IMG/VR virus record: IMGVR_UViG_3300045988_112104
Coordinates: 1-33,635 of that record
Length of the DNA: 33,635 bases
Origin: a virus
Strand: one strand, 5' to 3'
In this document: piece by piece, positions 6,585 to 14,747 of the stretch
How positions within the stretch are numbered: the stretch's first letter is position 1
Layout: each line of letters opens with the position of its first letter
Notes under the pieces: model-generated
What the model was told of the DNA's origin: nothing
Seen by the model: only the letters and a program-made list of their open reading frames with translations
Database searches by the model: none
Made by a program: the position numbers and the translations under genes

Positions 6585-7327
6585 CATTTAGAAAGTTGCG
6601 AGCAGATGAGATTGATTGCAGGGTGCAGTCAGTCACAGAAAAAGGGTTGATATTGCTACTGTATAAAGACGCAAGGTGCGATATGAATATTCTTGATGAA
6701 ACAGTGGGTCCTGAAAATTGGCAGAGACACCACGAGGTAATCAAGGAGAATCTATTTTGCTCAGTAGGTATCTACTTTGAAAATCGAAAGGATTGGGTTT
6801 GGAAGCAGGATGTCGGAACCGAAAGTATGACCGAGAAAGAGAAAGGAGAAGCGAGCGACAGTTTTAAGAGAGCGTGCTTTAATTGGGGAATCGGTAGAGA
6901 ACTATACACGGCACCGTTCATTTTCATCAGCAAGACCGACTGTAACATCGTTCAAAGGAACGGAAAACATCAATGCTTCGATAAATTTATCGTAAACCAA
7001 ATTGGCTATGATGACAACGGCAGAATTTGCGATTTAAGCATAGTAAATACTAAAAGCAATGTAGTTGTCTATAAGATGGGTAAAGCCGTTCCTAAAGGCA
7101 AAAAAACGGCTTCCAAAGAGCCGTTAAACGATGAGCCGATAGACCTATCCGAAGAACTAGCTACATCGACCGAAAAAAAGACATATATAGAACTTTGCAA
7201 GGCTATGAATCTTGACGCAACAGAGATTCTAAAAAAGACAGGATGGACAAGTGGACCGATGACAAAGGAACACCACGGCAGAGCCTTAATCATCCTAAGG
7301 GATATTGAGAACGGCAAGGAGCAGTAA
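6575..7327 (+). CDS. Rad52/Sak-type single-strand annealing protein
   Basis: GEASDSFKRACFNWGIGRELY matches the conserved Rad52-family motif (SDalKRaaxxfGiGrxLY). It lies in the early recombination module. Confidence 0.7.
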   Translation: MGLTFRKLRADEIDCRVQSVTEKGLILLLYKDARCDMNILDETVGPENWQRHHEVIKENLFCSVGIYFENRKDWVWKQDVGTESMTEKEKGEASDSFKRACFNWGIGRELYTAPFIFISKTDCNIVQRNGKHQCFDKFIVNQIGYDDNGRICDLSIVNTKSNVVVYKMGKAVPKGKKTASKEPLNDEPIDLSEELATSTEKKTYIELCKAMNLDATEILKKTGWTSGPMTKEHHGRALIILRDIENGKEQ

Positions 7328-7599
7328 TGAAATCAATCATACAGAGTGAGCGAGAGTGCTTTATCTGTGGAAGTCCTTATGTTGAAGAACATCATATCTT
7401 CGGTGGTCCGTATCGAAAGAAAAGTGAGCAGTACGGCTTAAAGGTTTTCCTTTGTCACTGTGACCACAACGAGCCACCGAACGGAGTTCATCACAATAAA
7501 GCGACAATGCAATACTTTCACGAACTAGGGCAGAAAGCCTTTGAAAAGCACTATCCAAACAAAGATTTTAGAAAGGAGTTTGGGAGAAATTACTTATGA
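7327..7599 (+). CDS. Small Cys/His-rich (HNH-like zinc-binding) protein
   Basis: CFICG...EEHHIFGG...LCHCDHNEPPNGVHHN pattern. ATGA coupling to the annealase gene. Confidence 0.4.
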   Translation: MKSIIQSERECFICGSPYVEEHHIFGGPYRKKSEQYGLKVFLCHCDHNEPPNGVHHNKATMQYFHELGQKAFEKHYPNKDFRKEFGRNYL

Positions 7600-8138
7600 A
7601 AATACAAGACATTCAGCTAAGGCTACTGTATCAAGTCGACCAAATATCAATCAATCTCCCTAAGGGTCAACACAGACAAATCCTGGAACTAATCGACGGC
7701 ATAAAGATTGACACAAATAAGGACTATGACATCATCATCAAGCCTAAGTCAAAACGCAGAAGCCTTGACGCAAATGCGTACTTTTGGACTTTAGTTGGAC
7801 AGCTAGCAGACAAGACAAGACAGACGAAAACGGATATATACAGAAAGCTAATATCCGAAGTTGGAGTATTTGAGATAGTGCCGATAAAGACTGATGTCAT
7901 AGAACATTGGATCAAGGTATGGGAGCAACACGGTGCAGGGTGGATATGTGAGGACTTGGGCGAATGTAAGAACTTTAAAGGCTATCACAATATCAAAAGC
8001 TACTACGGAAGCAGTACCTATAAAACTGATGAAATGTCAAGGCTTATAGATAGCGTGGTGGTCGAGTGTAAAGAGCAAGGAATCGAAACTCTGACACCTG
8101 CAGAACTAGAGAGGTTGAAAGAGCAATGGGATGGATAA
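7596..8138 (+). CDS. NinB/Orf-like recombination mediator (tentative)
   Basis: KRRSLDANAYFWTLVGQLA resembles lambda NinB RSLDQNRKLWACLGDV. It is adjacent to the annealase. Confidence 0.45.
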   Translation: MKIQDIQLRLLYQVDQISINLPKGQHRQILELIDGIKIDTNKDYDIIIKPKSKRRSLDANAYFWTLVGQLADKTRQTKTDIYRKLISEVGVFEIVPIKTDVIEHWIKVWEQHGAGWICEDLGECKNFKGYHNIKSYYGSSTYKTDEMSRLIDSVVVECKEQGIETLTPAELERLKEQWDG

Positions 8139-8926
8139 AGCTAGACAGAAACCTGCAAAAGCATTGGATATGGAGCAAAGAACCATTCAGCAGAGGGCAA
8201 GCCTGGATAGACCTTTTAATGAGTGCTTGTTGGAGAGAGCAAAAACAATTATTCAAAGGGAAAATACAAGTTCAGGAAGTCGGAAAAGTATACATTTCAA
8301 AGTCATATCTTGCTACTAGATGGCATTGGGATAGACGAAAGGTAGATAGGTTTTTAACCACCCTTGCTAGCGATGGAATGATACGACTTGAATGTACAAC
8401 GGATGGTACAGTCATAGCCATTGAAAATTACGAGATTTATCAAGTTCGTGGTACAGCCGATGGTACAAGTGATGGTTTGGGAAACGGCGCAGTTAGTGAC
8501 AACGAATGGACGCGCGATGGTATATCAGATGGTACATCAAATGGTACAACGACAAGCACTGAAAATAGAACCTTTGTAGGTGGTGATGGTACAAGTGATG
8601 GTACAAGTGATGGTACAAGTGATGGTACAAGTGATGGTGCAAGTGATGGTACACATACTAAGAATAATAAGAAGGATAAGAAGGATAAGAATATAAATAA
8701 TATATCGCGTGCGCGCGCGAGACCGACTGTTGATGAAATTCAAGCCTACTGTGACGAAAGACTTAACGGCATAGACGCACAACAATTCTTTGACTACTAC
8801 GAAGCTAGAGGGTGGAAGTACGGCACAGGAAAGCCGATGGTGGATTGGAAAGCAGCAGTGAGAACTTGGGAGAGAAACCGAAAGCCGAGCAAACAAGATA
8901 AGCCTGTAAGCTTTATGGACTTGTAA
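8126..8926 (+). CDS. Replication initiator / replisome-organizer-like protein with an internal DGT(S) repeat tract
   Basis: The N-terminal WIKLDRNL..W..EPFSRGQAWIDLL and C-terminal VDEIQAYCDERLNGIDAQQFFDYYEARGWKYG are typical of phage replication-organizer proteins. It lies upstream of the helicase-loader-like gene. Confidence 0.6.
   Translation: MGWIKLDRNLQKHWIWSKEPFSRGQAWIDLLMSACWREQKQLFKGKIQVQEVGKVYISKSYLATRWHWDRRKVDRFLTTLASDGMIRLECTTDGTVIAIENYEIYQVRGTADGTSDGLGNGAVSDNEWTRDGISDGTSNGTTTSTENRTFVGGDGTSDGTSDGTSDGTSDGASDGTHTKNNKKDKKDKNINNISRARARPTVDEIQAYCDERLNGIDAQQFFDYYEARGWKYGTGKPMVDWKAAVRTWERNRKPSKQDKPVSFMDL
8585..8653 (+). repeat. Tandem 12-bp repeat GATGGTACAAGT x5.75 inside the initiator gene (part of a larger ATGGTACA iteron field, about 8400-8653)
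   Basis: Exact units at 8585, 8597, 8609 and 8621. A variant (GATGGTGCAAGT) is at 8633 and a partial unit at 8645. Further ATGGTACA copies lie at about 8404, 8460, 8530 and 8541. Confidence 0.9.
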
Positions 8927-8935
8927 GGGGGAGAG

Positions 8936-9460
8936 ATGACTAGGACAGAAACAAAAGCACTATTGCAGATACTGAGTACGGCATTTCCGACACACTACAA
9001 GAAACTGAGTGTCGAGGAGATGAAAGCACAAGTAAGCCTTTACGAGATGATGTTTGCAGAGGATGACGGACAGATAGTGACAGTTGCTTTAAAAAACTAT
9101 ATTGCGAAAGAAAAGTACCCACCGACCATCGCAGGACTAAGAGCAGAAATAGATCTAATCACGCAAGGTGGTGAAAGCAGAGTGACTGAGTTATGGGGGG
9201 AACTAGGAAAAGCCGTAAGGCAAGGACTGTACTTTACGCAAGCAGAGTTTGATAAGCTTCCAAAGGCTTTGAGGGTATGGTTAAAAGACTTAGGTCAGCT
9301 AAAAGAACTAGCTATGCTTCCTCCTGAAACATTTCAAACAGTGACTAGAGGGCAGTTTTTCAAAACGATGTCAGCAGTAGTGGAGAGGGAGCAAGCGATA
9401 GCGATGTTGCCTGAAGAGGTTAAAGACAAATTAAAAGGCTTAATGATGTTAGAGGGGTAA
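8936..9460 (+). CDS. G39P-like replicative helicase loader/inhibitor (tentative)
   Basis: The N-terminal LLQILSTAFPTHYKK...VSLYEMMFAEDDGQIVTVALKNYIAKEKYPPTIAGL resembles the SPP1 G39P N-terminal family pattern. It follows the initiator. Confidence 0.5.
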   Translation: MTRTETKALLQILSTAFPTHYKKLSVEEMKAQVSLYEMMFAEDDGQIVTVALKNYIAKEKYPPTIAGLRAEIDLITQGGESRVTELWGELGKAVRQGLYFTQAEFDKLPKALRVWLKDLGQLKELAMLPPETFQTVTRGQFFKTMSAVVEREQAIAMLPEEVKDKLKGLMMLEG

Positions 9461-9599
9461 CGATATACATTGAGATATGGCTTTGAGGTCGTTTTTAGTC
9501 GCATAGAGCGACGATAATATGCTTGGCGATAGAATTATCGCTTAAAAATAAAAATCGCTTAAAACGGAAAATAAAGCCTTAAACAAAGGGGGATGAAAT

Positions 9600-9926
9600 T
9601 TGACGAAGTATAGAGCAAAAAAAACTGAGATTGACGGAATCAAGTTTGATTCCAAGAAAGAAGCCAAAAGATACATCGTTTTAAAGGCATTAGAGGGCAA
9701 GGGAGAGATTGAAAATCTAACATTGCAACCGAAGTTCTTGCTACAAGAGGGGTTCAGGAAGAACGGAAAAGCATATCGCAAGATTGAGTATGTAGCCGAC
9801 TTTATGTATCAGCAAGGGGAAAAGCTGATAGTAGAGGATGTCAAGGGGATGAAAACAGATGTTTACAAGCTCAAGAAAAAGTTATTTGAAAAAAGGTATC
9901 AAGACCTAACGATAAAGGAGATTTGA
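9600..9926 (+). CDS. DUF1064-family protein (PD-(D/E)XK-like, phage replication/recombination module)
   Basis: YRAKKTEIDGIKFDSKKEAKRY...LQPKF...YVADFMY...VEDVKG..T..YKLKKKLFE matches the DUF1064 pattern. TTG start with SD AAGGGGGA. Confidence 0.7.
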   Translation: MTKYRAKKTEIDGIKFDSKKEAKRYIVLKALEGKGEIENLTLQPKFLLQEGFRKNGKAYRKIEYVADFMYQQGEKLIVEDVKGMKTDVYKLKKKLFEKRYQDLTIKEI

Positions 9927-9928
9927 AG

Positions 9929-10327
9929 ATGAATAGCGTAATACTAATCGGAAGAACAACAAGGGAAGTAGAACTCAGATACACAACATCACAGACGGCA
10001 GTAGCTAGATTTTCTTTAGCCGTTGAAAGACCTGTAAAAGATGGCGAAAAGAAAGCTGATTTCCCAAACATAATCGTTTTCGGAAAGCAGGCAGAAAACT
10101 GTGAGAAATACCTTGCTAAGGGTCGAAAAGTAGCAGTACAAGGCAGATTACAGACTGGAAGCTATGAGGATAAAGACGGCAAGCGAGTATACACCACTGA
10201 TGTTATCGCTGAAAGAGTAGAGTTCCTAGAGTGGGCTAACTCAGATAATCACACAGAGGAATCGCAGAGCGAACATCAGGAAACTGTTGATGATTTTAAG
10301 GCACTAGACGAGGCTGTGCCGTTCTAA
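9929..10327 (+). CDS. ssb: Single-stranded DNA-binding protein
   Basis: OB-fold N-terminus: MNSVILIGRTTREVELRYT..G.AVARFSLAV. Acidic tail ends DEAVPF. ATG 9929 is preferred over TTG 9923. Confidence 0.9.
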   Translation: MNSVILIGRTTREVELRYTTSQTAVARFSLAVERPVKDGEKKADFPNIIVFGKQAENCEKYLAKGRKVAVQGRLQTGSYEDKDGKRVYTTDVIAERVEFLEWANSDNHTEESQSEHQETVDDFKALDEAVPF

Positions 10328-10340
10328 ACGAGGTGTCGTA

Positions 10341-10790
10341 ATGATTTATTACAGCGAAATGTTCGATTACATTGAGTATGAGACGACCCAACAAGGGGTT
10401 GAGGTCGTCTCTACCGAGACGGACGAAAGGTACTTGATAGAAAAGTCAAAGACTGATGAGCAAATAAGAAAATTAAAGCCTGAAGTCATAGCCGAAATGG
10501 TTGACATAATACCAAATATACTTGTCAAGAAATGTGAGATATGTGGCAGAGAATTTTACTCTCAAACGGCAAGGCAAAATGTGTGTTCGCACGATTGCTT
10601 TTTAGAAAGAGCAAGAAGAACGACGAGAAAGGCAACAAGGGAAAAGAACGAAATTAAAAAGGAAGCAGAGGAGAGGGCACTTTCGCTTGATGAAAAGATT
10701 GCAAAAGCAAGGGCACTAGGAATATCTTACGGCAAGTATGTTGCAATAAAACGCGCAAAACGAACTAAGAAAGCAAAGGAGAAGTTATGA
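10341..10790 (+). CDS. Hypothetical protein with CxxC...CxxxC zinc-ribbon and a basic C-terminal tail
   Basis: 149 aa. CEICGREFYSQTARQNVCSHDC, followed by a Lys/Arg-rich tail. Confidence 0.5.
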   Translation: MIYYSEMFDYIEYETTQQGVEVVSTETDERYLIEKSKTDEQIRKLKPEVIAEMVDIIPNILVKKCEICGREFYSQTARQNVCSHDCFLERARRTTRKATREKNEIKKEAEERALSLDEKIAKARALGISYGKYVAIKRAKRTKKAKEKL

Positions 10791-10906
10791 AGCAAATAAC
10801 AAAGAAACATAAAGAGCACTTAAAGAAAATCACAGACATAGCATTAAGAAAGAGGGTTAAGAATGAGCGTTCCAAGAGCGAAGAAACCAAAGAATCGAAG
10901 TCCTAA
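10787..10906 (+). CDS. Possible 39-aa basic peptide (alternative gene model, low confidence)
   Basis: ATGA coupling to the upstream stop, SD AAGGAG 5 nt upstream. It overlaps the 5' end of the 10863 ORF in another frame. Confidence 0.25.
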   Translation: MKQITKKHKEHLKKITDIALRKRVKNERSKSEETKESKS

Positions 10907-11156
10907 AATGGGCGAGGTAATCGAAGCAGCGAATCAGCTTAACTTTGCAATCATGGTGCGAACGCTTTATATGGTGTATGACTTTGACAAAGCAAAACTA
11001 GACGAATTTTGCGAATCATATATCGCCTTGCTAGAGGAAATACACGACAGAAGAGCAACAGTAACAGAGTTTGTCAAGGACACTAAACAGCTATGTGGAA
11101 TTGATGTTGCAAAACTAGTAAGAGAACTGAATGTAACTAACAGAGGGGAGAAATAG
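10863..11156 (+). CDS. Hypothetical protein
   Basis: 97 aa with SD AGAGGG 7 nt upstream. An alternative internal start exists at 10908. Confidence 0.5.
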   Translation: MSVPRAKKPKNRSPKMGEVIEAANQLNFAIMVRTLYMVYDFDKAKLDEFCESYIALLEEIHDRRATVTEFVKDTKQLCGIDVAKLVRELNVTNRGEK

Positions 11157-11159
11157 AGT

Positions 11160-11546
11160 ATGGATATTGAAAAATTCAATGATGAGGGAATGATTTTTAA
11201 GACAAATGTACGCTTCAAAAACGATGATATTAGAACCATTTACCTCGGTGAAAAAGAAATAACAAGTTTTATGTCGAGGAAATGGGCAACCCCATTCTTC
11301 GCTTATACAGACCATATAAACACATATATAAGGAGATTGGATGACATAGAAGCGATAGATATCTTATCATCCTCAACCTTGACGGAAACGGAATACGAAA
11401 CGATGCTAGATGGACTAGCTAAAAGAAACCATAACCAATATATAACTGTCAATGTTATCACGGATGAGGAAGCCATAAGCGAGAGTGTGAAGTTTTCGCT
11501 AGAGAGGTTGGAGAGGGTAGAAGATGAAATGCGAACTATGTGGTAA
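11160..11546 (+). CDS. Hypothetical protein
   Basis: 128-aa ORF tightly packed in the operon. No recognisable motif. Confidence 0.5.
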   Translation: MDIEKFNDEGMIFKTNVRFKNDDIRTIYLGEKEITSFMSRKWATPFFAYTDHINTYIRRLDDIEAIDILSSSTLTETEYETMLDGLAKRNHNQYITVNVITDEEAISESVKFSLERLERVEDEMRTMW

Positions 11547-11667
11547 GCGAATCAACCTGTACGGCAAGTACAGTGCAGTTATAGCAGATAAAGAGCATTA
11601 TCTCTGCGTTTGGTGTTACAGAAAAACACAGAGAAATAACGAGATTTTGAAGAATAAAGAGAGGTAA
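11524..11667 (+). CDS. Small zinc-ribbon protein (47 aa, not in the ORF track)
   Basis: MKCELCGKRINLYG...YLCVWCYRK has two CxxC pairs. It fills an otherwise uncovered gap and overlaps the upstream gene end. Confidence 0.45.
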   Translation: MKCELCGKRINLYGKYSAVIADKEHYLCVWCYRKTQRNNEILKNKER

Positions 11668-11672
11668 AAATA

Positions 11673-11882
11673 ATGACATTAGTATATGGAATCGTATGGG
11701 TATTAGCAGCGATAGCCGGAAGTGTTGCAGGACACACATTGACAAAGTATTTTGCAAAGCGAAGAGCCAAAAGGCAGTTTGAAAAAATGATAACAAAAGC
11801 CCTTGAGGAGTCTGTAGACGAAATCATAAAAGAAATATCGGAGAAGCGAAAAGGCAACGAGATCTTGAAGGAGCAGAAATGA
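11673..11882 (+). CDS. Small single-pass membrane protein
   Basis: N-terminal TM (LVYGIVWVLAAIAGSVAG) followed by a charged helical tail. ATGA overlap with the methyltransferase start. Confidence 0.5.
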   Translation: MTLVYGIVWVLAAIAGSVAGHTLTKYFAKRRAKRQFEKMITKALEESVDEIIKEISEKRKGNEILKEQK

Positions 11883-13006
11883 AATTTATTGACTTCTTTA
11901 GTGGTGTAGGTGGCTTTACAAGAGGGATGGAACTTGCAGGACATAAATGTATAGGACACTGCGAGTTTGACAAGTACGCAGAAGCAAGCTATCGCTCAAT
12001 GCACACCATCACAGATAAGCAAAGAGAATACTTGCTCACACTACCACTAAAACAAAGACAAAAGGAGATATTAAAAAATGAGTATCTTAACGGAGAATGG
12101 TATTCAGATGACATTTGCGGAGTTATCGCAAGAGAAATTCCAAAAGCCGATTGCTGGTGCTTCGGATTCCCTTGTCAAGACATTTCAATCGCAGGCAAAG
12201 GAAAAGGGTTTAGAGGAAATAGGTCAGGATTATTCTTTCGAGTTACTTCACTTCTTAGAGACCTCAAAGAAGAAGATAGACCCAACACTTTATTCATTGA
12301 GAATGTACGGAATCTTCTTTCGGTTAATAGGGGGTTCGACTTTGCCAGACTTCTCGTTGAATTGGACAAGATTGGGTACGATGCAGAATGGCAAGTTATT
12401 AACTCAAAACATCACGGAGTGCCGCAAAACAGAGAGAGAGTGTTCATTATTGGACATCTTAGAGGACGAGGTAGACGAGAAGTATTTCCTATCGAGGGAA
12501 CAGACGGAGGAAATCGTATTTGCCAAGTAGGACAATATGCTTTGAATGTGAAGAGAAAAAGTCCGTCAGCTTTTAGAGTCTTTGATACAACAGGAATAAG
12601 CCCCTGTCTTACAACAAGTGGGGGTGAAATCAAAGTGAAAGAAGCAGTAAAGAAAGGGTACACAGAAGCGACAAAAGGAGATAGCATCAATGTTGCCTTA
12701 CCAAACAGCAAAACAAGAAGAGGGCGCGTAGGCAAGCAAGTTGCTCAAACACTAGATACAAGTTGCAATCAAGCCGCCGTTGTGGAAATAGCAGAAGATT
12801 GCAAAGCATGGGCGATATGGAGCGAAAAATATAATTGTTACCTGGCTATCAGAAAACTAACACCAAAGGAATGTTTTAGGCTACAAGGATGGAAAGATGA
12901 ATATTTTGAACATGCAGAGCAATTTAACTCAAATTCACAATTGTATAAACAAGCTGGAAACGGAGTAACGGTAACGGTAATTAAGGACATAGCAGAAAGG
13001 ATATAG
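11879..13006 (+). CDS. dcm: DNA (cytosine-5)-methyltransferase
   Basis: Motif I FSGVGGF, motif IV GFPCQDIS, motif VI ENV, motif VIII QNRERVFIIG, motif IX RKLTPKECFRLQGW, motif X GNGVTV. Confidence 0.95.
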   Translation: MKFIDFFSGVGGFTRGMELAGHKCIGHCEFDKYAEASYRSMHTITDKQREYLLTLPLKQRQKEILKNEYLNGEWYSDDICGVIAREIPKADCWCFGFPCQDISIAGKGKGFRGNRSGLFFRVTSLLRDLKEEDRPNTLFIENVRNLLSVNRGFDFARLLVELDKIGYDAEWQVINSKHHGVPQNRERVFIIGHLRGRGRREVFPIEGTDGGNRICQVGQYALNVKRKSPSAFRVFDTTGISPCLTTSGGEIKVKEAVKKGYTEATKGDSINVALPNSKTRRGRVGKQVAQTLDTSCNQAAVVEIAEDCKAWAIWSEKYNCYLAIRKLTPKECFRLQGWKDEYFEHAEQFNSNSQLYKQAGNGVTVTVIKDIAERI

Positions 13007-13008
13007 CG

Positions 13009-13353
13009 ATGATACCAAAATTTAGAGCATGGGATAAGATGTCAAAGAAAATGAATGATGTGACGGCGATTGATTTCTCAACAAAGCCTTTTAGAGTATT
13101 TTATAACGCTTACGGAGAAGATAATTATTTTAATCAAGATGCAATTCTAATGCAATCAACAGGGCTGAAATGTAAAAACGGAGTAGAAATATACGAGGGG
13201 GATATAGTGGATACCATACACGGATTGTGCGAGGTGCGATATATCAAAGATGGTTATCATATCGTCAAGGATAATAAAATCAGTTTGTTGAGCCAGCAAA
13301 ATGTACGAGTAGTGGGCAACATATACGAGAACCCTGATTGGATAGAGGAGTAG
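13009..13353 (+). CDS. YopX-family protein
   Basis: MIPKFRAWDK...GLKCKNGVEIYEGDIV...VVGNIYENPD matches the YopX pattern. Confidence 0.75.
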   Translation: MIPKFRAWDKMSKKMNDVTAIDFSTKPFRVFYNAYGEDNYFNQDAILMQSTGLKCKNGVEIYEGDIVDTIHGLCEVRYIKDGYHIVKDNKISLLSQQNVRVVGNIYENPDWIEE

Positions 13354-13355
13354 TA

Positions 13356-13811
13356 ATGAGATTGATAGACGCAGATAAATTGAGCTTAGAGGTTGCCGAT
13401 AAGCATTGGAATAAAGTGATATTAGAGGGGGTTAAAGAACACAACCGAAATGCTGTAAGAAACGAGATTGTCGAGTTAATTAGAGAGCAACCCTCTGTAC
13501 CACCATTGATAAACGCTCAAGAACTGAAGAAAAGGGGAAAAATGATGGCAAATATTAAAAGTGTTCTAATAATAATCTTAATAAACATAATCGGAGTGGC
13601 TTATTTACTAGTCGCTCCGATAGGGGAATACCACATAAGCAGGATGATACCAAAGAAGTATGAGGGAACATTAATAGTGCTCGATTCTATATACTTTTTC
13701 ACGATGATGGCTACTGCTTTAGCAGTCTTATCATCTCTGATATTTACAGTTGCTTATATCGTCGATAAAAAGTATTTGTCAGGAACAGATAACGACATTG
13801 ACGGAATTTAA
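13356..13811 (+). CDS. Hypothetical protein: soluble N-part fused to a two-TM C-part
   Basis: ATG 13356 with SD GAGGAG. N-part MRLIDADKL... C-part has two hydrophobic helices. An in-frame internal ATG near 13542-13547 has its own SD-like AAAGGGGA. Confidence 0.5.
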   Translation: MRLIDADKLSLEVADKHWNKVILEGVKEHNRNAVRNEIVELIREQPSVPPLINAQELKKRGKMMANIKSVLIIILINIIGVAYLLVAPIGEYHISRMIPKKYEGTLIVLDSIYFFTMMATALAVLSSLIFTVAYIVDKKYLSGTDNDIDGI

Positions 13812-13824
13812 AGGAGAAGTAGCA

Positions 13825-14022
13825 ATGATACCACAATACAGACTAATAGAATATGCAAGTAATTTTCTTGAGTCGGAAATTGAGAGAATTGAAGAACGAC
13901 TCAAGGACGATAGCATTCACAATGCAGACAAAGACATACTGAGAAAGTCTCTAAAAGAATACGAGCTTGATTTAGAAGAGGCTGAAAGGGAGTTAGATGA
14001 CATTAGGAGGGAATGGATGTAA
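13825..14022 (+). CDS. Hypothetical small acidic coiled-coil protein
   Basis: ATG 13825 with SD AAGGAG; 65 aa. Confidence 0.45.
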   Translation: MIPQYRLIEYASNFLESEIERIEERLKDDSIHNADKDILRKSLKEYELDLEEAERELDDIRREWM

Positions 14023-14747
14023 TGAAACTAAAAATAGAACTAAAGCTAGAGGACAAAACAATATCAGGAAGAGTGTTGGAGCAAGATGAGGATTTACGAG
14101 GGGTTGGTGCTTACGTGACCACCTTGATAGAAAATGGGGATTTTAAAATTTGTACGAGAAATGCACCTCAGCTAACTGACGAAATCTTATTTGTGCGAGG
14201 GGAATGTACCAACGAAGATGATAAACTGTTTAAATATACTTTTAATAGCACCGAAACTGCAAAAGATACTTACAAAGACATCGTCAGCCTTGTAAATAAG
14301 CTGAATGGTGAATTAGGTGGGGTTGTGGACGAGTGGGGCAGAGCACTTTTTCCCAACAGTGATTGCAATATAGTATCAACTTTTTTAATCAGACCGTGTG
14401 ATACAAAAGCAGAGCAGAGGGAATCGTATGACCATATGAAAATCTATATCAGTGGCAAAATCACAGGAAATAAAGATTATATTATGACGTTTGCAAACGC
14501 TGAGGCACTTTTAAAAAAGAAGTTCCCCGGAGCAACCGTCCTAAATCCAGCTGAGGTATTGTTACCTAACTTATGTGATTGGGACGATTACATGGTGATA
14601 TGTCTAAGACTTTTAGACAAGGCTACACACATTTACATGCTAGATAATTGGGTGCAGTCAAGGGGTGCATGCACTGAGCACTTACATGCACTTGAGAACG
14701 GCATAGAGGTTTTATGGTCAGACCGTTCACCATATAGAGGTATGTAA
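14013..14747 (+). CDS. DUF4406-like (nucleoside 2-deoxyribosyltransferase-fold) protein with an approximately 135-aa N-terminal extension
   Basis: The C-terminal MKIYISGKITGNKDY..F..AEALLKKKFPGATVLNPAE...YM..CLRLLDKATHIYMLDNWVQSRGACTEHLHA..NGIEV matches the DUF4406 pattern. Confidence 0.6.
   Translation: MDVMKLKIELKLEDKTISGRVLEQDEDLRGVGAYVTTLIENGDFKICTRNAPQLTDEILFVRGECTNEDDKLFKYTFNSTETAKDTYKDIVSLVNKLNGELGGVVDEWGRALFPNSDCNIVSTFLIRPCDTKAEQRESYDHMKIYISGKITGNKDYIMTFANAEALLKKKFPGATVLNPAEVLLPNLCDWDDYMVICLRLLDKATHIYMLDNWVQSRGACTEHLHALENGIEVLWSDRSPYRGM

Noticed and set aside
8585-8653. Possible CRISPR array (regular short repeats)
   Set aside because: The units are contiguous 12-bp tandem repeats with no spacers, and they lie in-frame inside a coding gene. 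This is not CRISPR architecture.
8537-8896. 119-aa minus-strand ORF with CTITCTITCTIT repeats
   Set aside because: It is the antisense reading of the 12-bp DGTS tandem repeat and A/T-rich tract inside the plus-strand initiator gene. It has no SD, a low-complexity product, and is fully nested.
11536-11959. 86-aa and 126-aa minus-strand ORFs across the small-gene region and dcm start
   Set aside because: They are antisense to tightly packed plus-strand genes with SDs and coupling. They have no promoter or SD of their own and hydrophobic, low-information sequences.
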